Shown: positions 12,294 through 25,350 of the stretch, in pieces
How the letters are laid out: each line of letters begins with the position of its first letter
Position numbering within the stretch: the first letter of the stretch is position 1
DNA from: Octopus sinensis
Lineage: Eukaryota
DNA: 64,000 nt
Assembly (NCBI RefSeq): GCF_006345805.1
Contig: NC_043021.1
Coordinates: 17,112,001-17,176,000, forward strand
Direction of reading: 5' to 3'
The notes under the pieces: model-generated
Seen by the model: only the letters and a program-made list of their open reading frames with translations
The model's database searches: none
What the model was told of the DNA's origin: nothing
Translations under genes and position numbers: made by a program

Positions 12294-12337
<44 letters not shown>

Positions 12338-12338
<1 letters not shown>

Positions 12339-12726
12339 TCTCTTTACTCTTTTACTTGTTTCAGTCATTTGACTGCGGCCATGCTGGAGCACCGCCTTTA
12401 GTCAAGCAACTCGACCCTGGGACTTATTCTTTTTGTAAGCCCAGTACTTATTCTATCGGTCTCTTTTTGCCGAACCGCTAAGTGACGGCGACGTAAACAC
12501 ACCAGCATCGGTTGTCAAGCAATGCTGGGGGAACTAACACAGACACACAAACATACATATATACGACAGGCTTCTTTCAGTTTCCGTCTACCAAATCCAC
12601 TCACAAGGCATTGGTCGACCCGGGGCTATAGCAGAAGACACTTGCCCAAGATGCCACGCAGTGGGACTGAACCCGGAACCATGTGGTTGGTAAGTAAGCT
12701 ACTTACCACACAGCCACTCCTGCGCC
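12338..12726 (-). mobile_element. SINE family A
   Basis: Full-length match. Confidence 0.9.
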
Positions 12727-12910
12727 TATATATATCATCATTTAATGTCTGTTGTCCAGGCTGGCATGGGTTGGATGGTGTGACCAGAGCTGGCAAGCGG
12801 GGGGAGGGGGATGCACCAGACTAATCTGATCTGGCATGGTTTCTACAGCTTGATGCCCTTCCTAATGCCAACCACTTTACAGAGTATGCTGGGTGCTTTT
12901 TACATGCCAC

Positions 12911-12962
<52 letters not shown>

Positions 12963-13002
12963 ACACATACTTTGTCAATAAAACTGCAAAGACAGCACAA
13001 AA

Positions 13003-13040
13003 ACTATTACTCTGAGTTTCCTGTTCCTGATCGTCAGACA
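13003..13040 (-). ncRNA. Degenerate hammerhead motif in a Penelope-like fragment (12975-13105)
   Basis: tgt-CTGACGA-tcaggaacag-GAAA-CTCAGAG-TA-ata. Stem II is not well paired. Same family as 14496-14640. Confidence 0.4.
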
Positions 13041-13522
13041 TACCTCTGGTATTCGAGTACTGTTCTTTCCACCTTGTTTCACATTTATGTGCTTACTCTG
13101 GTATGTATATGTATGTATACACACACACACACATAGATAACATGCTCTGGTTTGGTTCTTTGATCATAAGAAAAAAAAAGTACAGGATGATCGTAGCAGG
13201 AGTTCCTTTCATCTTGGGTCCTTGATCATCACTGACCTAGGGCTAAACAACAAGCAGTTTCAAGAATTTTAACATTTGATTTTTTTTAAAATTGTCGACA
13301 TAAAAACGTTTTCCTCTTGCAACCAAATCTCCATAAAATCACGAAGCTCTCCATTCCTCAAAAACAGAGAGACAGGATATATTCGATATCATTATTTTTG
13401 GTGCTCTATTTTTGAAAATGGAATGGTTGCTAGTAAAATGTCTAATCATGTTTGCTAGAAACAGCAACCAAATCTCTCTATAAATCATTAAAGTCTACTG
13501 TCTTAAAAGAAAAGGTGGATGA

Positions 13523-13680
13523 CAGGAGTGGCTGTGTGGTAAGTAGCTTGCTTACCAACCACATGGTTCTGGGTTCAGTCCCACTACGTGGCATCTTGGG
13601 CAAGTGTCTTCTGCTATAGCCTTGGGCCGACCAAAGCCTTGTGAGTGGATTTGGTAGACGGAAACTGAAAGAAGCCCGTC

Positions 13681-13722
<42 letters not shown>

Positions 13723-13953
13723 ATGTGTGTGTTTGTGTGTCTGTGTTTGTCCCCCTAGCATTGCTTGACACCGATGCTGGTGTGTTTACGTCCCCGTTAC
13801 TTAGCGGTTCGGCAAAAGAGACGATAGATAGAATAAGTATGGGCTTACAAAAAAGAATAAGTCCCGGGGTCGAGTTGTTCGATTAAAGGCGGTGCTCCAG
13901 CATGGCCGCAGTCAAATGACTGAAACAAGTAAAAGAGAAAAGAGTAAAGAGAG
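13523..13953 (+). mobile_element. SINE family A
   Basis: Match to family A. Confidence 0.9.
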
Positions 13954-14495
13954 AATATAAATTATTAAATAATCAGATCCCTGGTCTGTTGTTTCTCAAT
14001 AAATATCAAAAATGAAAACAAAATTAAAAACACGGGATGGTCAGATATAAAAGAACTTTTGTTTGCTAGAAATAACAGTCAAACCTCCCACAAATCACAT
14101 ACTACCATCTTATGTCAATGGTACATACGATAATGTAGTCTTAGTGAACATCTAGAAATATTCAAATTAGGGTGTTCTCGATGAAGGTCAACTCTGGAAT
14201 TAATTAACACCCTCATTAAACACACATTATTAATTAACCTTATATGTATGTTTGATAAAAAGCAATATTCCACTTAGTCCTATGTTTTGGTGTTTGCTCT
14301 TACTATTGTCTGTTTTCATTACTGTTGTCACTTCAGGAAGAAAAATGCCGTGGGAAAAATGTATTTTCATTTTGTTAAACCTAACTTTTGAACTATTTTT
14401 TTTCTTTTTGTATGAATAAGTACAACCTACCTTCTAGTTTTGGGTGGATAGACAATTATATTTTGAGAGTGTGTGTGTGTGTGCATATATATATA

Positions 14496-14640
14496 CCGGA
14501 GTAAGCACATAAATGTGAAACAAGGTGGAAAAAAGAGTACTCAAATACCAAAGGTAGAGTAATATGCTTTATTTAAAAGCAGCAGAAACTCTGAGTAATA
14601 GCTTTTGTTATTTCTGTTGCTTTTAAATAAAGTGTATATA
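14496..14640. mobile_element. Penelope-like fold-back fragment between TA tracts
   Basis: Homologous to 12975-13105. Internal inverted repeat 14563-14588/14611-14636 encloses GAAACTCTGAGTA, the 3' half of a hammerhead. Confidence 0.5.
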
Positions 14641-14657
14641 TTATATAATAAATAAAT

Positions 14658-14925
14658 ATCATCATCATCATCGTTTAGCGTCCACTTTCCATGCTGGCAT
14701 GGGTTGGACGGTTCAACTGGGGTCTGGGAAGCCAGAAGGCTGCACCAGGCCCAGTCTGATCTGGCAGTGTTTCTACGGCTGGATGCCCTTCCTAACGCCA
14801 ACCACTCCATGAGTGTAGTGGGTGCTTTTTACGTATCACCGGCACAGGTGCCAGACGAGGCTAGCAAACGGCCACAATTGGATGGTGCTTTTATGTGCCA
14901 CCGGCACGGAGGCCAGACGAGGCGA
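14658..14925 (-). mobile_element. RTE LINE 3' UTR fragment
   Basis: (CAT)n tail plus a match to 3047-3260. Further copies near 1866, 12735, 16690, 25603, 27925, 28500, 51737 and 54195. Confidence 0.8.
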
Positions 14926-15111
14926 TATATATATATATATATATAAGGGCAAAAAGAAAAAAACTTTCTTTGACAATATGCTGAAAAATAGACGCTAAAT
15001 CGTCTAATTACATTATTTATAATTGTATTTATAATTTTCACCTTAAAAGGTGTTTTTCATATGCTGGCCACGAATAAAATTTTTTGATAAAAAAAATTCT
15101 ATCCTTATATT

Positions 15112-15142
<31 letters not shown>

Positions 15143-15780
15143 AATATACATTAGCACTTTCATTGCAAATGAACCGAATAGGGCAAACATACATATAAAG
15201 TCTATACACACACACAGATTCCTTATTTGTTGACAAATACAAACTATTTGCAGTGGGACTTCTGAAAACTACGATGTATGAAATACGAAGGCAAACTGGC
15301 AAAATCGTTGGCACACCGGGCAAAATGCTTAGTGACATTCCTTCTGGCTCCATGTTCTGAGTTCAAATTCCGCCAAGGTCGACTTTGCCTTTTATCCTTC
15401 CAAGGTCCAATATAAAATAAGTACCAGTTGAGCACTGGGGGATCAATGTAGTCGATTTACCCTCTCCACTGAGCTTACTAGCCATGGGCAAAATTTGAAA
15501 CCTATAAATGTTTCAACTAGACATAACGACACTAATAACCTGCTGTTAGAACTCAATACACCTGTTCTTCAGAATGAAGCATCAGTTGAGTATAGAGAGC
15601 ATAATATGAAATTAAATAAATGACAAAGGAACAGGAAATTCCGCAATTGTCTTCCCTGTTCCGTTGTCATATATTTCATTCTGATCGATTCTTCCATGTG
15701 TTAAACAAGTACCTCATTGCAACAATGCAATCTTTCATTCAATCAAGACACCCTTGATATATATATATATATATATATAT

Positions 15781-16167
15781 CTTGTTTACTTGTTTCAGTC
15801 ATTTGCCTGCGGCCATGCTGGAGCACCGCCTTTATAGTCAAGCAAATCGACCCCAGGACTTATTCTTTGTAAGCCTAGTACTTATGCAATTGGTCTCTTT
15901 TGCTGAACCGCTAAGTAACGGGGATGTAAACACACCAGCATCGGTTGTCAAGCGATGTTGGTGGGGGACAAACACAGACACACAAACACATATATATACA
16001 TATACGACAGGCTTCTTTCGGTTTCCGTCTACCAAATCCACTCACAAGGCTTTGGTCAGGCCGAGGCTATAGTAGAAGACACTTGCCCAAGGTGCCACGC
16101 AGTGGGACTGAACCCGGAACCGTGTGGTTGCTAAGCAAGCTACTTCCCACACAGCCACACCTGCGCC
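15781..16167 (-). mobile_element. SINE family A
   Basis: Full-length match. Confidence 0.9.
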
Positions 16168-16407
16168 TACAAAAAACAATAATGGTAAAAACAGGACAAA
16201 AACAGCGGGTGTCTTACGACTAATAAACAGTACAACAAGTTTAGCTGGCGCCCTTTTGGCCTCCGACCACAGCCGTGAGAACATCGTTGTCTTCGTCTAC
16301 CGATAAAGGCATTTTTTCCAAATACGCCAGCTAAACTTGTTGTACTGTTTATTAGTCGTAAGACACCCGCTGTTTTTGTCCTTTTATTACCATTATTGTT
16401 TTTTGTA
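16168..16407. repeat. Near-perfect inverted repeat (83-bp arms, 74-nt spacer)
   Basis: 16168-16250 is the reverse complement of 16325-16407 with 2 mismatches. Confidence 0.92.
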
Positions 16408-16936
16408 TTTTATATTCGTGTGGCATCGTCCGTTTTTCTGTCCCTGTTTCGTATACATTCGATCCTTCTTCCAAGAAATCTAATGCTCATAGCTTAGTTT
16501 TTCCTTGGGGCTGGTCGGATCGGAGCGATCTCAAGATTAATCAGCCGAAATTGCTAGGATGATCCAGTTCTTGACTGAAGATTGAAGGCTTCGAACATCC
16601 CGTCTGTGTTTTTTTGTATCGTCTTCTAAATGTTTTACATTCTTGTCCCAGTTTGTATTTTTCTACATATAATATATATATATATAAAAGCACTATTCGA
16701 ACTTGATCGATACCAGGCCCACCTGACTGGCTCTTGTGCCGGTGGCATGTAAAAAGCACCCACCACACTCTTGGAGTGGCTGGCGTTAGGAAGGGCATCC
16801 AGCTGTAGAAATACTGCCTGATCAGACTGGAGCCAGGTGCAGTCGCTGGCTCTCCAGACCTCAGTCAAACTGTCCAACCCATGCCAGCATGGAGAACAGA
16901 CGTTAAACGATGATGATATATATTGTATATATATAT

Positions 16937-17072
16937 GTGTTTGACTCAGCTTCACGTTGAAGTTTTGTGGACATGTAGAACAAGTCCAACCCCTTCTCAT
17001 GCTTGAAGACATCTGAACGAGTTGGACATGCCCTACATATCCACAAAACGTTTAGTGGAACTAAGTTAAACT
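16937..17072. repeat. Imperfect fold-back, MITE-like
   Basis: TTTTGTGGACATGTAGAACAAGTCCAAC pairs with GTTGGACATGCCCTACATATCCACAAAA, and pairing extends outward. Confidence 0.65.
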
Positions 17073-17260
17073 ATTGATAAATACATGTAACAAGAAATGT
17101 GTTGAGTGCTACTTCTTTTGTTTGTTCACACACACACACGGTTTGTATAGGCAGGCAGAGAAAGTCAGAGAGAGAGAGAGTGACAAAAGCAATTATACAC
17201 AAATAATCACAGACATTCACAAACACATATATATATATATTATGTGTGTGTGTGTGTGTG

Positions 17261-17932
17261 TATTCTGTTGTGTCTGGGGTGAGTCATTCTCTTTTAGTGC
17301 CTTATTATTTAACACCCTCACCGGTAAAGTTTCCACTCATTTATTTATTTTTCCTGAAATTTTTGAACGGACAAAGTCAACGACCATTGAAAAGGTTGCA
17401 AGACACAACGGAAATTTTTAGGAAAAATAAACAAGGCGCAGGAGTGGCTGTGTAGTAAGTAGCTTGCTTACCAACCACATGGTTCTGGGTTCAGTCCCAC
17501 TGCATGGCATCTTTGGCAAGTGTCTTCCGCTATAGCCTCGGGCCGACCAATGCCTTGTGAGTGGATTTGGTAGACGGAAACTGAAAGAAGCCTGTCGTAT
17601 ATATGTATACATATATGTATGTGTGTGTATATGTTTGTGTATCTGTGTTTGTCCCCCCCACCATCGCTTGACAACCGATGCTGGTGTGTTTACGTCTCTG
17701 TCACTTTGCGGTTTGGCAAAAAGAGACCGATAGAATAACTACTGGGCTTACAAAGAATAAGTCCCGGGGTCGATTTGCTCGACTAAAGGTGGTGCTCCAG
17801 CATGGCCGCAGTCAAATGACTGAAACAAGTAAAAGAGTAAAAAAGTAAGTAAATGACTGGAAGCTTTACCAACGAGTGTGTTAAATTATAAGGCCCTAAA
17901 AGAGAATGACTCTCCACAGATACAACAAAATA
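17261..17932. repeat. ~100-bp-arm inverted repeat whose right arm is split by a SINE A (17435-17843)
   Basis: 17261-17363 is complementary to 17412-17431 plus 17846-17932. Confidence 0.75.
17435..17843 (+). mobile_element. SINE family A
   Basis: Full-length match. Confidence 0.9.
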
Positions 17933-18275
17933 TGCTTCAACACACGAACTCACATAAAGAATCTTGCAAACCAAATCCCAAAACGAAATAAGATGTGCGT
18001 GCGTGTATGCATAAATGTATGTATGTGTATACACACACATTAACACATGCGCACACACACAACACAAACAGCGGACGGACATGTAGAGAGGGGGAGGAGG
18101 TAGAGGAGACGCGGTATAGGAGTGTCATGAACACTCATAAAAAAATTAAAAAATAAATAAATAAACGAAAAAATGTAGACACTTTCGAAACACCAAAATA
18201 AATTGTATTTCAAATACAATTTAACAAGACAAAAAATTAATAACAAAGCCAATTATTCAGGTGATAATTGTGTAC

Positions 18276-18390
18276 CTGCAATTGCCGCCGACATCTAAAA
18301 GTGCTTCTTGGGGTCGCCTCTTCAGTTTCCTCGTCGTCCATTGCCTGAGATCCAACAGCAGCAGCAACAGTGGCTTCACTCTTCATCCGT
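18276..18390 (-). CDS. Candidate coding exon of an unidentified gene (RMKSEATVAAAVGSQAMDDEETEEATPRSTFRCRRQLQ)
   Basis: Non-repetitive GC-richer island with a T-rich acceptor (ttttaatattttatag), an open frame and CAG|gtacac donor. No family recognised. Confidence 0.4.
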
Positions 18391-18519
18391 CTATAAAATA
18401 TTAAAAAAAAAAAGCCAACAGAACATTATTATTATTATTATTATTAAAGTCACCATCGTCGTCGTCGTTGTCATGGCTTAATTACAATTTCCCTGCACAA
18501 ATTCATTAAGGATTATCTA

Positions 18520-19190
18520 ACAGAGATAGAGAGAGGGAGGGAGAGAGATAGCGTTAATAACAGAGAGAGAGGCAATAACACAGAGAAGGAGAGAGAGGGA
18601 GAGAGAGAGAGAGACACAGACAGACAGAGAAATAGAAATGTAGATAGACAGAAAGAGAGATAGGCAGACAGTTAGACCGACAGACAGGCAGTCAAACAGT
18701 CAGATAGACAGACAGACAGAGAAATAGAAAGATAGACAGACAGATAGATAGATAGATAGATATAGATAGATAGACAGAGAAACAGACAGACAGACAGATA
18801 GATAGACAGATAGATAGAGAGATAGACAGACAGAGAGATAGACAGACAGAGAGATAGACAGACAGAGAGATAGACAGACAGAGAGATAGACAGACAGAGA
18901 GATAGACAGACAGAGAGATAGACAGACAGACAGTTAGACAGACAGACAGTTAGATAGACAAACAAACAAATAGATAGACCGACAGACAGGCAGACAAACA
19001 GTCAGAGAGACAGAAAGATAGACAGATAGACAGACCGTTAGATAGACCAACAGACAGGCAGCAGACAGACAGATAGATAGATAGATAGATAGACAGACAG
19101 AGACAATAACAGAGATAGACAGATAGTATCAATAGCAGAGAGATAGTATTAATAACAGAGAGAGAAGAGACAGACAGACAGTATTTAATA
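18520..19190. repeat. (GACA)n/(GATA)n/(GA)n microsatellite block
   Basis: Direct reading. Confidence 0.92.
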
Positions 19191-19589
19191 ACAGAGGCGA
19201 TGGTTTTAAAGGTGGTACGATCGGTTGGGCTGGCTGGTGGTCTTTAATGACTAAAACCTAATCATTTTATTACATGACATTCCTGCTTTATACTCTTCTA
19301 CTTTTCCTCCATCATCACCAACATCATCCTCTCTCTGTCTGTCTCTGTCTATCCGCGGCCACCTCCTTCCCTAGTCTAATTCTTTAATAAACATGACCTT
19401 TTCGCCATTTATACAATCAGAGACGTTTCAAACACGGTTTAATATTGAAGAGGCTTTGCTTTATGATTCTTATTATAATCAACATTTGACGACTGTTCTT
19501 GTAAAACTATACTATAATATAGTATAATAATATACTATGCTATTATTTTATGTTGTTTTATGAAAGCCCCTTGTGGCTAATAAAAGACT

Positions 19590-19998
19590 GAATTATTAAT
19601 ATTATTATTATTAATATTGGTATTATTATTAATATGAGTATTATTATTAATATTCTCATTAATATTAGTATTATTACGTTTATATATTTGCTGTGCAAGA
19701 TTTTTTATGTGAAGTCGTGTGTTGAATGACCATTCCAAAATATAACAATATTAGTATTATTATTAATATTATTATTATTATTATCATTATTATTAATATT
19801 ATCATTAATATTATTATTATTATCATTATTATTAATATTATCATTATATTATCATTATTATTAATATTATCATTATCATTAATATTATTTTTAATATTAC
19901 TATTATTATCATCATCATTAATATTATTATTAATATTATTATAATTAATATTATCATTATTATTATTATCATTATAATTAATATTATTATTATTATTA
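19590..19998. repeat. (ATT)n-type low-complexity block
   Basis: Direct reading. Confidence 0.92.
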
Positions 19999-21140
19999 GA
20001 TTCGTTCTGACTTTTTATATTAAAAAATACGAACTGAATTCGAATCGTTTAGTTTTCTGTGTATCACTCCTCAGCTTTGAATGAACATAAAAATTCGCTT
20101 GTCTTAGCTGAATATTATTTCTCAAGACTTAAGGAGCAACGACACAACCATATGTTGCTTATATTATTAAATACACACACACACACACGAAACTGCAGAA
20201 TTATATATAAATACATACACATACAAAAATACAGACACACACACATACCCCCACACAAATATAATTACACAAAACAATGACATAAAAACAGAAATATTAC
20301 AAAGTCGTCTATACTCGCTTCATTTCACCATCACGCTATAGTTTTAACGTCCACTTTTCCATGCTTGCATGGGTCAGATGGAATTCGCTGAGGCAGATTT
20401 TCTACAGCCAGATGCTCTTCATGTCACCAACTGAGGTGTGCGGGCGCGTACATGCATATATGGATATGAACACACACACACACACGTGTGTGTGTGTGTG
20501 GGGGTACTGTTGAATGAATGAACACATCCACCCTTATGGTTGAAGATCCGAGGCCTCATACACACCCACCCATCCTCACCACGCACTACAGTCTCACAGT
20601 CTCACACTAGGGTCCTAGTCCCTTCCTATGTAGTCTATGATGTCATCACGCCATCTTTGTCTTTATCACCAGCAGACCCATTTTTCCATTCAACCAACCC
20701 CAGAAGCTTTGAGCCTTGATAATTCATTCTTCCAGATTTTGATACCAGACCAACATTTTTTTGTTTGTTTGGGGGGGGGGACGGAGTTATTTGGTTACAT
20801 TGCTCCCACCCCCACCCCCCGGTGCTCAACAGGTACTTGTTTTATAAACCCTAAAAAAATGAAATGCAAAGTTGACCTCAGCAGAATTTGAACTCAGAAT
20901 GTAAAGATAAGCAAAATGCCACTAAACATAACTACACTTTCAGAACTTCTTCCTCCACAGCTAACTCAGTCTCCTAGGTAACAGAAGCTATCTACTACTT
21001 CTAATGATTCACTTGAGCATTTCAGGGAGTCTATTGCCTGTGTATTTTTAGCGTTTATTCTACCTGTACATTTTCCACACACAAAGACCACATTCTCTGT
21101 TAACCTTCCTGTGATACCGCTACACCTCTTGTGTGTCCAG

Positions 21141-23398
21141 AGCTTGCACTGAAGTTTCTACCAGCATCCTTTGTATATAATGAGCAGGGCCAACTTTGCA
21201 AAAGTTCAGAGAGCTTCTACTCTTGTTGGTAACTAAGGGCCTCTCCCTCAGAGTTCAAAGCTTGCACTGAAGTTTCTACCAGCATCCTTTGTATATAATG
21301 AGCAGGGCCAACTTTGCAAAAGTTCAGAGAGCTTCTACTCTTGTTGGTAACTAAGGGCCTCTCCCTCAGAGTTCAAAGCTTGCACTGAAGTTTCTACCAG
21401 CTACTTCTACAGCATACTTTGTACATAATGAGCAGGGCCAACTTTGCAAAAGTTCAGAGAGCTTCTACTCTTGTTGGTAACTAAGGGCCTCTCCCTCAGA
21501 GTTCAAAGCTTGCACTGAAGTTTCTACCAGCATACTTTGTACATAATGAGCAGGGCCAACTTTGCAAAAGTTCAGAGAGCTTCTACTCTTGTTGGTAACT
21601 AAGGGCCTCTCCCTCAGAGTTCAAAGCTTGCACTGAAGTTTCTACCAGCATACTTTGTACATAATGAGCAGGGCCAACTTTGCAAAAGTTCAGAGAGCTT
21701 CTACTCTTGTTGGTAACTAAGGGCCTCTCCCTCAGAGTTCAAAGCTTGCACTGAAGTTTCTACCAGCATCCTTTGTATATAATGAGCAGGGCCAACTTTG
21801 CAAAAGTTCAGAGAGCTTCTACTCTTGTTGGTAACTAAGGGCCTCTCCCTCAGAGTTCAAAGCTTGCACTGAAGTTTCTACCAGCATACTTTGTACATAA
21901 TGAGCAGGGCCAACTTTGCAAAAGTTCAGAGAGCTTCTACTCTTGTTGGTAACTAAGGGCCTCTCCCTCAGAGTTCAAAGCTTGCACTGAAGTTTCTATC
22001 TACCAGCATCCTTTGTATATAATGAGCAGGGCCAACTTTGCAAAAGTTCAGAGAGCTTCTACTCTTGTTGGTAACTAAGGGCCTCTCCCTCAGAGTTCAA
22101 AGCTTGCACTGAAGTTTCTACCAGCATACTTTGTACATAATGAGCAGGGCCAACTTTGCAAAAGTTCAGAGAGCTTCTACTCTTGTTGGTAACTAAGGGC
22201 CTCTCCCTCAGAGTTCAAAGCTTGCACTGAAGTTTCTACCAGCATACTTTGTACATAATGAGCAGGGCCAACTTTGCAAAAGTTCAGAGAGCTTCTACTC
22301 TAGTTGGTAACTAAGGGCCTCTCCCTCAGAGTTCAAAACTTGCACTGAAGTTTCTACCAGCATACTTTGTACATAATGAGCAGGGCCAACTTTGCAAAAG
22401 TTCAGAGAGCTTCTACTCTTGTTGGTAACTAAGGGCCTCTCCCTCAGAGTTCAAAGCTTGCACTGAAGTTTCTACCAGCATACTTTGTACTAATGAGCAG
22501 GGCCAACTTTGCAAAAGTTCAGAGAGCTTCTACTCTTGTTGGTAACTAAGGGCCTCTCCCTCAGAGTTCAAGCTTGCACTGAAGTTTCTACCAGCATACT
22601 TTGTACATAATGAGCAGGGCCAACTTTGCAAAAGTTCAGAGAGCTTCTACTCTTGTTGGTAACTAAGGGCCTCTCCCTCAGAGTTCAAAGCTTGCACTGA
22701 AGTTTCTACCAGCATACTTTGTACATAATGAGCAGGGCCAACTTTGCAAAAGTTCAGAGAGCTTCTACTCTTGTTGGTACTAAGGGCCTCTCCCTCAGAG
22801 TTCAAAGCTTGCACTGAAGTTTCTACCAGCATCCTTTGTACATAATGAGCAGGGCCAACTTTGCAAAAGTTCAGAGAGCTTCTACTCTTGTTGGTAACTA
22901 AGGGCCTCTCCCTCAGAGTTCAAAGCTTGCACTGAAGTTTCTACCAGCATACTTTGTACATAATGAGCAGGGCCAACTTTGCAAAAGTTCAGAGAGCTTC
23001 TACTCTTGTTGGTAACTAAGGGCCTCTCCCTCAGAGTTCAAAGCTTGCACTGAAGTTTCTACTACCTACCAGCATACTTTGTACATAATGAGCAGGGCCA
23101 ACTTTGCAAAAGTTCAGAGAGCTTCTACTCTTGTTGGTAACTAAGGGCCTCTCCCTCAGAGTTCAAAGCTTGCACTGAAGTTTCTACCAGCATCCTTTGT
23201 ATATAATGAGCAGGGCCAACTTTGCAAAAGTTCAGAGAGCTTCTACTCTTGTTGGTAACTAAGGGCCTCTCCCTCAGAGTTCAAAGCTTGCACTGAAGTT
23301 TCTACCAGCATACTTTGTACATAATGAGCAGGGCCAACTTTGCAAAAGTTCAGAGAGCTTCTACTGTTGTTGGTAACTAAGGGCCTCTCCCTCAGAGT
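21141..23398 (+). repeat. Tandem array, 19 x ~118 bp, spanning the 5' junction of an RTE LINE
   Basis: AGCTTGCACTGAAG starts at 21141, 21259, 21377, 21507 ... 23167, 23285. The second half of each unit encodes RELLLLLVTKGLSLRV. Confidence 0.95.
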
Positions 23399-24071
23399 GT
23401 GAGGCAGATTGTATGATGCCTGTGTACATACAACTATACTACATGGCAGTGAAACAGAGGGCTTGCAGAAGCTTCAAAGAAATGAAGCTAACATGATCTG
23501 ATGGATGGGTAATGTCAGTGTGCATGCATGACAAATTGTAAAGGATTTGAGAAGAAAACTGAGCGTAATAGTCATCAGGTATTGTGTGCAAGAGAGAAGA
23601 CTGTGCTAGTTTGGTCATGTGATGCATATGGATGAAGACAGCAGCATAAAGAAGTGGTGAGCTCTGACTATGGAGGGAACCAGTGGAAGGAGTAGACCCA
23701 GGGAGACATGAGACAAAGTGGTGAGAAAGGATCTTGGGATGTTGGGCCCCACTAAGGCAATGCCAAGGGACTTGGAGATGAGGCAATTTGCTGTACTTGA
23801 TAAAACATGTCAAGCTAAGTAAAATTGCTGTTTTCCACACATACAGGGCTGTCTTTCTGGATGCCAGTGCCACTTAAAAAGCAACCATGCTGGTAACATG
23901 TAAAAAAAAAAAAACACCCAGCACACTGATAAGAGGTTGGCGTGAGGAAGGGCATCCAGCCATAGAAACCATGCCACAACAGACGGATTGGAGTCTGGAC
24001 AGCTTGACTGGCTATCCATCTCCATGTGAAACCATCCAAACCCCAGCCAGCATGAAAAATGGGCATTAAAC
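23342..24071 (+). mobile_element. Decayed 5'-truncated RTE LINE
   Basis: RELLLLLVTKGLSLRV*GRLYDACVHTTILHGSET...FGHVMHMDED...GRSRPRET, followed by the same 3' UTR family as 3047. Confidence 0.88.
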
Positions 24072-24152
24072 ATTATAGCATAGATATGAGAGATTGGATC
24101 TGGCCAGTTGGAAGATAAAACAGGTAGACTATGACTATTTTGGCTGGTTTAA

Positions 24153-24435
24153 CCCTTTAGTGTTCAGATTACTCTGTTAAATGTAAATAATTTTTCACTC
24201 AAATTGTTTTTAATTAATCATGTATTATCTTACAGTTTTGAGGTTTCAATGATTTGATTTTGATTTTTCCCGTTTCAGCTAATGAGCTGTGGCCATGCTG
24301 GGGCACCACCATTTGATGATTGTTTATTTTTAAAGTGTCCATGTAAGTTAAGTGTGAGATGCTAGATATAGCCCATTTGAATATAAGACATGTAGAATAT
24401 TTAGGCCGGATAAGGCCGGTTTAAACACTAAAGGG
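24153..24435. mobile_element. piggyBac-type MITE family 2
   Basis: TTAA|CCCTTTAGTGTT...AACACTAAAGGG|TTAA. Confidence 0.8.
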
Positions 24436-24984
24436 TTAAGGACCAGTTTTCCAGACTCACATGTGTATGAATGCCTACAGTTAGACTACAATTGCTTGTA
24501 TGATAGCATGGCTGATGGCCGTTGTCTGTTATGCTGTCAACAAATTGTCTCAAGGCACAAAGTCATGTGGAATAAATGACGATTACCAACTTGAAAAACA
24601 GGTCAGGGTTAGTAGTAAAAAGAGGGCATCTTGTGGTAAAAGAACACCTCAAATAGCATTCAACCAATCCAGTACAAGCATGGGAAAACAAAAAAAGTCA
24701 TAAAATGAATACCCGAATGAACAAAGCTTTCCAAAGACACAGAGGAAGAGAGATTAATATACTGTCACGATATAATTTATTAATTATGATGTTAATTATT
24801 TAAGGTGATGAACTGGCAGAATGAGTAGCACGCTGGGCAAAGTGTCGTGTGCCATTTATATTCTAGGTTCAAATTCTGTCAAAATTAACTTAGCCGTTCA
24901 TCCCTTCAGGATCAATAAAATACTAGTTGAGCGACTAAATTGCTGGCCTTGTGCCACAATTTGAGATCATTGTTATTCCTTTTT

Positions 24985-25350
24985 TCTTATTTGTTTCAGT
25001 CATTTGACTGTGGCCATGCTGGAGCACCACCTTTAGTTGAACAAATCAACTCCAGGACTTATTCTTTGAAAGCCTAGTACTTATTCTATCATTTTTTTTT
25101 TTTGCCGAATCGCTAAGTTATGGGGACGTAAACACACCAACATCGGTTGTCAAGCGATGATGGTGGGGACAAACACAGACACACAAACATATACATATAA
25201 TATACAACAGGCTTCTTTCAGTTTCCATCTACCAAATCCACTCACAAGTCTTTGGTCGACCCAAGGCTATAGCAGAAGATGCCATGCAGTGAGATTGAAC
25301 CCAGAACCATGTAGTTGGTTAGCAAGCTACTTACCATACAGCCACTCCTG
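24985..25350 (-). mobile_element. SINE family A (diverged)
   Basis: Match with an internal deletion. Confidence 0.85.

Larger units (their letters stand above)
11060..12296 (+). mobile_element. Penelope-like element 3' relic (GIY-YIG C-terminus, pLTR with hammerhead, inverted 5' segment), split by a SINE
   Basis: Peptide WNILSKSFPYDKGKSFCSLCKDELYFIL..LVN..E...CKH. Segment 11112-11154 is an inverted copy of 11873-11912. Hammerhead at 12004-12089. Ends at (TA)n. Confidence 0.75.

Noticed and set aside
21141-23398. CRISPR-like array
   Set aside because: Units repeat end to end with no unique spacers, the context is eukaryotic, and there are no cas genes.
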